A stretch of 64,000 bases of DNA from Macrostomum lignano (taxonomy: Eukaryota): positions 1 to 64,000 of the forward strand of contig NIVC01002719.1 in NCBI GenBank assembly GCA_002269645.1, given 5' to 3'. The notes beneath the pieces are model-generated. The model was not told the origin of the DNA. It did no database searches and was given only the letters and a program-made list of their open reading frames with translations. The position numbers were made by a program, and so were the translations under genes. Below are positions 1-11,611 of the stretch, piece after piece; within the stretch, counting starts at the first letter, position 1; every line of letters begins with the position of its first letter.

Positions 1-3000
1 AAGCTCTAAATCCGATGATCTCGTGGTCGGTTTTTAGATCGACCACCCGTCTCCAGTAGTCACCATTCTCAGCTATTTCTGCCTCGCCTTCCAGCGTTGT
101 CTCTTCCTCTGATTGAGTCGCCTGGATTGAAACCTCATTCAAATAGTAGTCCTTGTCAAAGCCGATGTGACCAACGCTATCAGGATTGAAGTCATCGATT
201 GGCTGGTGAAAGTCCGCTATATTAAGGGTTGATTAATTTCAAAGTCAAAATTAATATGAGCTGTTGTGATACTCGGCTCGGAAATAAAGAAACGCAAGAG
301 CTTACCACACAAAATATCGGAGGTCAGGCAGGACACCTGAGAAGTGAAATTGGAGCATTTAATCTGAGATGCAGCCGTGGACACGCAGGACCTGTCGAAG
401 CCCGCTAGCTCGCCAGGAGGCCACGGGGTGCACGGGCCGCCATCCAGCTGACTCATCGACCAACCGTAATCATAGTAGCCAAAGTCCCGGTAGCCCATCT
501 GGCATTTCGTGTGGTCTGAAATTTGCACAGATTTTGTAAGGTTTAGTCTTTTTCATAATTATTGTTCTAATTAGTTCATTCGCTACCTTCGTAGGCTTGA
601 GCGGCTCCTAGAAATGCTCGATTCGCTGGGCGCAACGGCAGCTCGCCAGTTGAGTCGATGGCGGCTAATGGGAGTAGAGGCTCCGAGCAGCCTGAGGAGG
701 AGCACGTTCGAAAATTTGACTCTCAGCCACCTTGGAACTTGCTTATACAAATTAAGCCAATCTGAAATGTTCTCACCTCGGCGAACTTTGGCAACTCTGT
801 ACTGCACCGAGTTCGCAGTGACAGACGCTGCATTCTCAGCTCCAGCCACTGCCGTCACGGTCAGCCCAGTATTCAGCTCGATTGCAGCAGCTGATGCTGC
901 AAATGAGTCGATGAAGAGGAGCTTGGCTGCCTCATCAAGAGCAGCGAGTCCGGTACCCAGACTGGCCATCTTCTCGGTCGTTGACTGAGCAGGTGCTGGC
1001 GCGGTGACCAGCACCTTTTGCTTAGTCCGGTACGGCGAAATGTACTTTGGCAGCTGGCACACGAACTCCAGCTTGATGGAGCAGCTGACCTCAACGAGAG
1101 CAGCAAACCTGACGCTCAGAGCCGCGCACCGCTTGGAGGGGCGGCCCATGAAGAACGCGCCCGGCTCCATGGGGGAACCGTCAGACCACTGCCACTGCTG
1201 AGTAGCCGGGTCTCTGACTGACCCAACAAGTAGCTGCTGGTCGTCCGAAGCTGGGAAGGAACTGCGGAGTATCAACTACGTGTGGTTAGCTCGCAGGGTG
1301 CTCGAGCTAGCTCGCAGCCAACAATGACCACCCGGTGAGACCGCTGAGCACTTATACTCAGCAACAGTCAAAAGTTCCAACCACCAAGCGAGATGAAAAT
1401 TTTTCCAAGCGAGAGCATTGCGACAACTTTTCACTCACAATTCAACCCTCCAGTTAGGCAGCTAAGACACCGCGAGGAAGGGAAAGTTGATTAAATCAAT
1501 AAACGTATTTCGCACAAAATTATAACAGTTTTTATGAAATATTCAGTTAGAATTGCGATGCTTAATAACGCGTGTGGGATCTCCTCGCACGCAAAAGTGC
1601 GGCGACTCTGCGGTGCATCCTCAAGATGAGGCGGCGCAGAAAGTCCTGGGGAAGCTGCTGCCAAGCGTTTTCAAAGGCATGAACAAGGACCACTAGAAGT
1701 TACTTATAGTGTAACTTCACTAGTGTAACTTCTAGAAGTTACTTCTAGTGGTCCTTGGGCATGATGCAGCTCTGCAACATTGTGTGGTGAATTTTCTTTT
1801 CGAGCGCAGCGTTTTAGGAAGTCCCAGACATGCTAGATGGGATTCATGTCTGGGGACCGGGAAGGCCAGCGCATAGTGCGCAGCTGTAGCTGTTCTTTCA
1901 GTTGACTAACAGCATCGGCTCAGTGTCACGGCGCGTTGTCATCTTGGACCATTACGAGCTATGCCACTCCCAAGTGGCAATAAGCTTCGCGCGTGCCGTA
2001 AGTTGCGTCACTCGCAATAAGTGAAAAAAATTCATCTCGTTTGGAGGATGAAACTTTTGACTGTTGCTGAGTATATAAGCATAAATCGCACAAAACCTAC
2101 TGGCTAGGATTTTCGATATTGATGAGGGATAGAACCCACGCACCAGATGGTAAGTGGTGAATCTACCATTTGCAAGATACCAAAGCTGCTTTTTATAAGT
2201 CTGGTCCGGAATGTTGCGGAGCACAAGCTGACAAAACTAATCGCATTTCACACAGACTACTATGTAGTACAGATAGACAGATATTCACCAGCTTGCCAGT
2301 GATTTATGAAATTGAATTTTAAATGAATGATTTCAACTGCTTAGTTATCCTGTATACTGAAATCCCCTTTAATTCTCAGCTTTAATAGTACTATTAAAGG
2401 TACCAATGATCTCACCCGAGTTGCACAATGTTCCTGTCAAAGGCCGATTTAGCAGCAAAGAGGCTGGCATTGATTCCGTTCCAACTAATAAGGCTGCAGA
2501 AGTCCCTGGCCTGATCCCAGGTGTAGCGAGCGTGCTGAATGGAGATGCAGGAGTTCAGGTGCTCGATCCAACCTACCGGGCAGTCTAAAAGAAAGTAATT
2601 GACTTGACAGATTGACAGGTCGCTGCTTATTGGACACGTGAGAGAGTTTAGAATCTACCTGTCAGCTCGCAACCCCTGATCTGGTCAACGGTAGTCACAA
2701 GAGTCTCAGTACTCAAGTGGATTCGTAGCTGACGAACTGGGAGCAGAAGAGGCATGACGAAAGTCTCCTGGTTGAATGTCTTCACGAACTGTGTGTTGGA
2801 ATTGAAGTTCTCGGATTTTGGTAAGGAAATTTTACGTGTACATGCCAAAACGTTGATTCATTGTAAATCGAGTACTGGTTTACCAAGAATGGGTCCAGGC
2901 CAGAGATATTACTGTTCCCACTGTGCTGCAGGATGCTGAGGTTCTTGAATCTACCAGCTGTATCAGCGAAAGACAGCCAAAAACTCGAATCGGCGTTGAG

Positions 3001-6000
3001 ACCCGCGAGCGCGAATGATGTCACGTGGTAGGTAGAGTTGCGATCGAAACTTATGGCAAGCACGCTGTTGCTGGTATGTCGTAGCAAGCTGGCCGAGTAT
3101 TTTTCGCTTGGAATGACGCCACAAGCTGGAGTTGGATATTTGGTTGGATAGGTAGTCATTTTCTAAAAAGCGTTTAGGTACAGCCGCAAAGCAAGGTCAA
3201 TACCGGTAGACGGATGGATCCTAACGTTTTGATCTTGACTAGTGGTCCGCCTAAAAGTACTTATCAATGCAAAGAAACTGTGTAAGAGATCTGGCCCCTC
3301 ACTTGTTAGGCAACCTTCTACCATCGAAGGTGTAAACTAAAAGCACGAAAAGCCCCAGACCACTTTTTGAGAGAGCGAACCAAAAATTGACGCGGCTGGA
3401 GAGAAAATCCAACTCAAGATTTTTGAGCAATCAGCCCTCAAGTGAGTGTCTCAATCTCAAAGTAAAAGTCGCACCTGTTGGATCAGGGTGGCCCATGAGA
3501 TCCATCTGCATCCGACGTGTGCCGCTCGATGTACCAAACTTCACTTGCAGCAGCTGAGCTCTTTGAGCAGCTGAAAACCGAACTGGAGCGAAGCCTTCGC
3601 TAGAGTAGATCGGCAGGTAAGTCGTCTGAATTTTTTTATTGTGGTGAAGTCATTTTAAGTGACGAAGAAACGCTGACTGGCTTTTGTGTCATGCAAATCG
3701 GTTGAGTTGTAAGTGTAAGCCAAAGAGACTGTCGGTTATTCTTTAATAATAAATTACTCTTGGAAAAGCAAGTTCATTGAGAGACAGTCGGTTCTAACAC
3801 TTTTTGCTACTCTGGAGTACCTCAGGTGCACTTAAAACACAGAAGCTCACAAAGACTGTAATTGGATCTTTGCGAGTTCTAACTCTTTGAGTTAAATTTT
3901 GGCCATCTATGAGTGAATATGATCATTAATAAGTAAAAATTATCAGTGAACGTAGATCTGTAGTCTGTAGAAGCGAAGTTCAGCTATTAGGAAGGTTAAC
4001 GTCGATATTTTTTCCAAAAAAAACAATTTAGGCGTCAAAATTCTTTTGAATGATACTCAGTTGAGTGCAAAATCAGGGGAAAATATTAGGTTCCTTAGTC
4101 TTATTTACTGTAAATGTACGAGCTAGATAATTCATGTTAAAAAAAGTTGCTGTAAGTAGCTCTACGCGTTCAGTTTTACCGAAACTTTCGGTGAGTCGCT
4201 AATCAGGCTGTTTCCGGGAAAAGCGGCGGCGGAGAAGCCGGTTGGCGCCGCCCCCACGTCGGGGAAGCCGCGCAACAGCAGGCCGGTCAAGTTGAAGCGG
4301 ATCGGCAGGAAGAAGCGCAGAGTGACGTCGGAGGTTAGCGACAATCTGGCGGGTGACAAGCTTCCCATAGGAAGTTGCAGCAGGTCGTCGGACGCGGAGA
4401 CTGGTTGCCATAGCAACGCTCCAGATGGGACGTTGCGACCGAATCCGGTGGCAGTTTTTTCGAGTCTCTCGAGCTGGATGCTTCCTGAAGTTTTCCGAAT
4501 CGATTTGGAGTGCATTTAATGCCCAAGGAAGGAAGGCATGTATCGAAACGAAGCCGCCTTGAAAATCGATAGCGGGATAAAAACTGATCTCCCCACCCCA
4601 CAGTTTGGGATCGATAAGAGCTCTGATGTACCAGCGGCCCAGGCTCGATTCCAAGTGCAATCACATTAATTTAGGGCTGAATTGGAATCTCGGCTTGGCT
4701 CTGATTGTGCCCCGTTGACAACGAGGGCTAATATTGTGGGGTTAGTTAACCAATAGCTTGAAGGTTGACTAACGTGTGAATTTAGGCGAATAAACGTTAA
4801 TTGACGTTACTTTACTCTATGGAGGGTAAATTTACGTTAATTTATGAGTTTATTAACCGAAATTAACGTACAAAGTGTTTGTGGTTAATTAACGTAAATC
4901 CACTTTTTCGAAAGTTAAACTGTGGTAAATTAACTAACCAGAAGTTACTTTTTGTTAATTTACTTTCAAGATTAACCCTCGTTTTCAACGAGGCAATTAA
5001 TGCCCTTGAGGCCCAACTTCCGAGGCACAGTGAAGCGTATATGCCTAATGAGAAATAAAGTTAGCCGATGTACACTCCTGTGTGAGTGTGTGCCTGTGCA
5101 TATAACGCCGTACGTATTGGCATTAATGCCTCTCATCGACTGTGTGACAATGTCGCTGAAAGCGCACCCTGCTTTTAATGAAATAAAATAAGTGGGCATA
5201 AAAATATCGCATTACATGTACTAATATTGAGTAGCGCAGATTATTGCGAAACTGCTGGTCGAAAAGGTTGCACAATAAAAGTTAAATATAAATTTGTATG
5301 AGTGCTGTCTTCTATGCTCATCGATTAAGACCTTTGTCAAGAAAGAGAACTGTTTCTAAGGCCTATTAATAGTTATTTTTGGACACACATTTACATGTAG
5401 AAGCTCACAGTGCGCATTCAGTTAGTGAACTAAAAAATCAGAAGCAGTTCACAGGAAAATTTCAAGTCTTTCATTTTTTAGGTTTTACTGGCTCAAATAA
5501 CTAGGTAAGGCTTTTTAGAGTCATGAATTTCCCTGCTAAATTTTTAGCTTCGAAAGTTGACTGATTTTTTCTGCTTATAAAGTTTCGAGCTTGTGAAAGT
5601 GATTAGGAAGACGATATCAAGCGATATGCCAAGCTTTCAAATTAGTTCGTCCTTCATTCAAAGAATGGATTACTCCCAATATACACTTCTGCTAATACCT
5701 AACGCGAATGGTGTCCACAAAAGGCCTAAGGTGGACCTCTTCACCATAGCCGATAGAAATTGTCGAACTAAGGTACCATGTATAGAGAAAAGTAATTCCC
5801 CTATTTTGCTGATAAGAATTCATGCCTTTCTCCGCCATGATTTTGCTTTATACATGTAGTTCAGAGTCCTTACAATTGTTCAATGAATAGGACACCGAAT
5901 ATCTGTAGAATTGTCACATGTGTGTTTTAGCCTTGGAACCGGAAATATATAATTATTTTGATAATAATTTTCTGGTTATTAATACAGAGTGAGCTTTTAA

Positions 6001-6370
6001 TAGTAGAAATTTTGGTATCTGGTTGCTGAACTCTAGATTAACTAACTAACTGATATTCTGTACTCGTACGGGCATCGGGAAGGTTGCACACTATTCTCTC
6101 CAATTCTTTTCGCTCTGTCTTGCCGTAAGCCTAAGCTTTCATGTACGTTGTAATGGTTTTATCAGCCCCTGCCGATGTGATCATTAAACAGGCTGCTGTT
6201 CGCAGGGTGAGATAAATATTAAATAATTTCCCATAGAAACCAAGGCTACAGCACGCTCGTAGCTTACCTACTGGAGGCGATATTTCTTGACCGCTCAATG
6301 TTGAGCAGGATATCAGCAGCAGCAGAAGAAGAATTAACGGCTTTTGAGGATACTTCCAAAGCAGATACAT
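1..6370 (-). CDS. Multi-exon secreted protein with a C-type lectin-like domain and probable discoidin/F5/8C-like domains; 3' end runs off the window
   Basis: First exon 6268-6370 encodes a signal-peptide-like MYLLWKYPQKPLILLLLLLISCSTLSG followed by a GTAAG donor. Exon 2416-~2586 (CPVGWIEHLNSCISIQHARYTWDQARDFC) splices in phase to exon 587-1261 (WQWSDGSP...CAAL...CSIKLEFVC), completing a CTLD. Further exons at 306-515, 1-~212, 3474-3625 and ~2660-3163 (VTSFAL...FWLSF...LRIH...IRGC, discoidin-like). Exon structure between 3.6 and 6.2 kb is not resolved. Confidence 0.7.
1353..2075. mobile_element. Non-autonomous TIR element (MITE) with TA target duplication, Tc1/mariner-like
   Basis: 53-bp inverted repeats at 1353-1405 and 2023-2075 (47/53 identical), TA at both outer ends; lies in the CTLD-splitting intron. 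Confidence 0.7.
1684..1757. mobile_element. 74-bp palindromic mini-element with near-perfect 8-bp TSD (hAT-like), nested in the MITE above
   Basis: Perfect 17-bp IR caaggaccactagaagt...acttctagtggtccttg; flanks ggcatgaa and ggcatgat. Confidence 0.6.
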
Positions 6371-7677
6371 TGATAAAATAGCCAATGTTTGAATGAGTCT
6401 CAACGGAACTGGAGAATTAGTGAGATTTTGATTCCTTTCCAAACAAATTTTCGTCCAAATAAATGCAAAATTGGCCTGTAAAAAAAGGCAAACCAATCCA
6501 TCAGGTGACAGGCACTCAACGGCAGCTTCTCGTAACTTCAGCGTATGCATTCGAAGGTCATCCATCTCAAGAGATATATTTTCTCGATTTTTTTTAACAA
6601 TGGATCTAGTTTTTATGACCTTACGCTTGCCCGTTCAAGAGCAATCTGCTTTGCCAATTTGCCAATTTTTCATGTTGTCCCTCGTCTAATTGTACAATTT
6701 TCTGCACAAGAAACTCCAGCTGTTACAAATAGAGCAGCAAGCAATTTTTCCTATATCGATTCGAGATTGTTTGCTCACTGAAGAGGTGTAAAAAGCAATC
6801 CAGATGCGTTAACAGCCACGCAAGTTTAAACTGTCAATCATTTGCTTCTAAGTCAGCAAAAATACTTGACAGGGGATATTCAGATGAGAAATTCATCAAT
6901 CGCCCATCTGTTGGGTGGAGACAGAAAAACTGCAGTTGAAAATGGGAGGCCTGGGGAAGAGCTGTTGACCTGCTGGGTCGATTCTAGAAACAACGGTTTC
7001 TTGTTTTGGCAGCTGATCATCGAAATGCATCACATTGATTCCCATTTGTCATTTTTAAGTCCAATTCAAAAATTTCCAATCTGCATAATTTTCTCAAGTT
7101 CATTTTTTGAGACAATACCGAATGATTAATATGTTCTTTTTGACTTGGAATCGCAGTCGCATGAGCGTATACTCAAAAGTCACTGGTTTTACTTCGTAAT
7201 AAGGGAGGGAATTCAAATTGGCTTATGTGGTCGGCCTTCAAGGAATCTGATCAGTCAAAGCTACGGCTGGAAAGTGCTTAGGCAGCCGTTAATATACCAA
7301 GTATTTATGTCGTAGACATACCAATTGGATAAATTAGTTTATTAGTGAATAAATTACCTCCCTCCCCGCCTAAAGTCTTAGGGATAGCTCCGAAAATTAA
7401 GTTCCTTGTTGTCCCTGGAAGCTGCATCCTTGAAACGCAACTTTTAAACACGAGAAAAGTTCTGCTTAGCGTTCTTCTGCATCATTTTTAAGAATTTTCA
7501 CCATGCTGCCGCTCGAGCGCTGTCTCAAAAGATCGTCATACATGCTGTTCGCTGTTTCACCTCTTCACCTCTGTATTTCCTATAGGCCAGTACGGAGTGA
7601 CTTGCCGATGGTGAGTGTAAATTAGCGATGTGAGAGCTGAGAATATAAGACAAAGTAAATGAAATATAAGTTTTAGG

Positions 7678-9216
7678 TATGAGGCAGCGTTAGCCAAAGA
7701 AACAAATACTGGTTGGCAGGATCTTCTGGAAACAGGCGCCGGAACTGGACGAGCCGGTCCTACAGCGCCAGCGGCACCCGGCGCAGCGGCTCGACCGTCG
7801 GCGTCGCATCCTGGCGCAGTTTCGGTCTATGGCAGAACTTCTTGGCCCTGCCAAAATGCCTGGGAACTCCTCGGCGATGTCCTCGACGCTGCTGATCTTG
7901 TTGACCCGGATCGAGAATCCGAGCTTGTCCATGCCGTCGATACCAAGGATGTTGGCACCTCGCCGCGTGATAAAGAGTCGGCAGACTGCAGCCTTGCCCT
8001 GGTACACGACGAGTCGGCGAGCTTTTTTGTGAGTCGGCGGAATGACGGGTTGCTTCGGCAGGCGCTTCATGGTCTTCTCGTTGATGATGTTGAACCTTGA
8101 GCCAGTGTCCAACAGGAGCTTTACGTCGATGACGGCGATGCTGCAGTCCACGAAGTTTAGAAGTGATGCTGCGCACTGAACTGCAGACACCTCGAATGGC
8201 CCATCGTCGTCGTCGTCGTCCTTGACGGTGCGAACTCTGCGTCGCTGTCGGCAACAGGACTTGAAATGACCGACCCAGTGGCAGTGCAGGCAGGTATTGT
8301 CTTTCGCTGGACACTCGGGGGCGTAGGCGGCGTGCCCAGCTCTTCCGCGATTGACGCATCGCTCGTCCGAGCTGGATTTCTGCGGCGTCGCGTGCTTGGG
8401 TCCCTTGTGTGGCGGGCGCTGGCTGACCTTCTGGATCCGAGACTCATGCTCCTTGTCGCTCTTGCCGTCGCGCAGCTTCTTGGCGTCGTTAATGGCGGAT
8501 TCGACCTGAATCGCTTGGGCTGTGGCTGTCTCCAGCTCGAGCACCTTCTCCATGAGCAGTCGCTCTCTGATGCGCGCCGAATGGGTCTTCTCAATGATCT
8601 GATCCCTGATAATCTGGTCTCGAAGAGCGCCGTATTCCAATCTGCTGCGAGTTCGCGAAGGGTGTCAACGAACTGGCTAATCGGCTCACCAGGCATCTGG
8701 GCGCGTGACTTGAATCTGTAGCGGTCGGTTGTTGATGGTGCTGTGAGACTGGCCGAAGATTGTCTTCAGCTCTTCCACCAGCTTGTCGAAGGTGTCGACC
8801 CGAGCCGTGGGCAGATTCCTCAGCGCGAAGATTCGCTGGCCCTCCTCGACAAGCAGATGAACAAGAATCGCTTTCTTTCGTGCTTCTGATGCTTCTTTTA
8901 GGTCCAAGGCTTCCAAGTAGATCTTGAATTCTTCGATCCAACGATTCCAAGGCGTTTTTGGCTGTCCGGGGGGTCGAGAAACACGCTTGGCTCGGAAATG
9001 CTAGATATGAGGCAGCATAGCCAAAGGAACAACGGAGAAATAAGTGAGAAGGTTGGGAAAACAACACATGAGGCTTTTAAAGGCCTGTGCGTACTAATAT
9101 ATTTAGCTAGTCAGTCACGTAAACAACAAAACCCCACCCCTGGCCTAGACCTAGCCAATCCAAAGGCGCCACGCGCACTATCACTCCAAGACGGTGTGCT
9201 AGCCGCATACACAACA
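7678..9216 (-). mobile_element. Degenerate Ty3/Gypsy LTR-retrotransposon fragment (gag, zinc knuckles, aspartic protease; pol deleted)
   Basis: Frameshifted gag (WNRWIEEFKIYLEAL...RDQIIRDQII...RERLL), Cys/His knuckles (CLHCHWVGHFKSCC) and protease LLDTGSRFNII. No RT, RNase H or integrase. TGTTGTG LTR-like start at 9216; ~27-bp direct repeat at 7678-7705 and 9006-9032. Confidence 0.85.
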
Positions 9217-11611
9217 ATAAGGTTATGGAATTCCAGGAAAATCACGGTCCACTGTGCGACACGAGCGCTTTGCACTCACCAAATGCACTGAATATCACCG
9301 TCATGTTTTTGTTATTATAGAGTTGTTGTTGATCTTAAGTAGTAGTTGATTAGTACAAGTAGAGTTTTACCAGATGAAAGGGGTCATACAAGATCAACGC
9401 CAAGAAATTTTTACACACAACTAATATAGGTGACTTTCGCGCTATCGTCGGCTTGTTATATCTATTGCCTATTCATGGACAGAACTGATTAGGTCAGGAC
9501 TGATCGATATACATACGGTATCTCATACAGTATTCTATCATCTACACCACGATTGAGCCTTTGCACAAATTTAATATTCAGCTACATGGGACTGAATGTC
9601 GCGAGACATACATGGCCACCAGATGCAACTTTTCGATTGCTCGGTCATCGTTGTGATGCCGGAGCGATCCTAATGACCTGGCTGTAGCACATGCTGAACG
9701 GCGTTTTAGTGGATGACGTAGCGGTATTGGTGCTAGTGAGTCCCAATCTCCATCGTTTTGCTTCGATTTCTCTTCATTTTTAATGAAATTGATTGCTTTA
9801 ACAAATTGGTCCGTCTTATTGCATAGTCTGTCCAGGTTCATACCTCAACTCGAAAGTGAAGACTGTGAATTTAGATAATTCGAAAAGATTAGAATTTTCG
9901 CAGGACTGTTCCTTCTCTCCACATCGCTATAAGAACAGCTTGAGTAGCATATTAGATTGATGTTACGTCATGCATTAAGCTGAGTTAAAACAGCGCTCGG
10001 TCCTACGGGTAATGCTTAAACCCCACACAGTTGTGTGTAGCGATGTGTTAGTTGCCATGCTGCGATTCCCAGCTGTCGTTGCCATGCGAAATGAAGCAGG
10101 GGAGGAACTCTACGAGTCTCACGAATAAACGTGCCTCGCATGGGTTGGTGGGCTCTTTCAGCTTCAAAGGAGATGTGAACTTAAAGAGTCAAAATGGAGC
10201 CCGAAGCATTGGGTCCCGATTTCTTTACGCCAATCTCTCTATTTGGAGCCAAAAAGCTACCGTTATGCCGAAAACCAGACTACTTTAGCATTTGGCGATC
10301 TTTATGGAGAGAAATGGGATAAATTCGGTTTTAATATGATTGGAAACCTTCCAAGTCATTTTATGATTTGAGTTATTTTGAGTTCTGTTATTTTGAGTTT
10401 AATATGTTTTCATTGGGTATTATCAGGACCCTCTAGAATATAGCCATTTATGAAAAATTGTACTAAAACTTGACAATAGTCACATGAGAATGATTGAGGG
10501 CATGCACGTTTAGGAGTTACTGAAGAATGGTGAACGCTTTAAGCTGTGGTTTTACGTATATCAAAGTCTCAAATGTTTTGAGGACTTCTTTCAGGGCATT
10601 TTTCGTCAAAAAGGTATACTAATCACGAGATAAGGTGTGACACAAACCCCTCTTGACGCTATTCATGTCTCCATCATTCTAGGCAGGAAAACACAATGAA
10701 AGCTGGGGTGTGGGGATAACATAAACATTATTAAGTGGTAATATAATGGGGGGCATAACATAGCATTACTATCGCTCCTATTCTTCATGCAAACATATAA
10801 AAAGCGTTTACCATGGTCAACTCGTCATTTTGCTCCAAATGAAGGATCCCTTGAACTCTGAATGTTAGAGAACGAAATTAAGTAGCTAAGGGTATGATGC
10901 GTTAGCAAATATTCTGAATTTTTTTTCATTTCCTTAATCCAATGGCAATGGTAATTTAGGAGCGTACATTTACAGTAGGTTCAAATTCTGTCCCCCTCAC
11001 TAAATGAAAGTAGTTCCGATTCGAGAAAGCTAGCCGGCCAGCGAAGTAAAAATTTGAACAAAATAACGAGCAACAACTATTGAGATCCCTGCGCTTGCTG
11101 TAGTGCTATAGAAATATTCTCTTCCCCACTGTGCACAGTGAGCACAATACGGGAGAGAAGGCAACCCATTATTCTCTACCCATGACCAGAGAGCATGCTA
11201 TAAACTGCAAAAATCAGCTGCAGACGGTTCCGAAGTGAGTCATTCGATCGTGTTTATTTAATTCAAGCTGCAAGTTCATTAAGAACTGCTACTTGCTTTT
11301 CAATGCATCCAATCAGCAGACCAGGAACGGTGCATCGAATTTACGGAGACGAATCTAGACTGCGAACTGTTGCTTGTGAGTATTAAATGCACAATCAAGT
11401 GGATAGCTCATAATTTCAAGCTAATATCTCTCATAGCATAAAAGCCGAGCTTAGGACTCTATCTAGCTAAAAAACAACCAAGGAGAGAATCCTGAATTTT
11501 ATTGGATATATCCTCTTGGTTGACCTTTATTGTCCTTAGCCGAATGCACTGCTGCAGCGAATGAAATTGATCCTTCACTGGATCGTCTTAATTACCAACT
11601 TGACTGATACA

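Noticed and set aside
4740-4940. aacgt/ttaac-rich stretch with a 9-bp inverted repeat
   Set aside because: The IR is too short in AT-rich DNA to call a MITE.
6400-9850. Possible extra minus-strand gene (exon-like pieces at ~6410-6470, 6495-6570, 6880-7050 and 9620-9840)
   Set aside because: Splice-like signals exist, but I could not assemble a consistent frame or recognise a domain.
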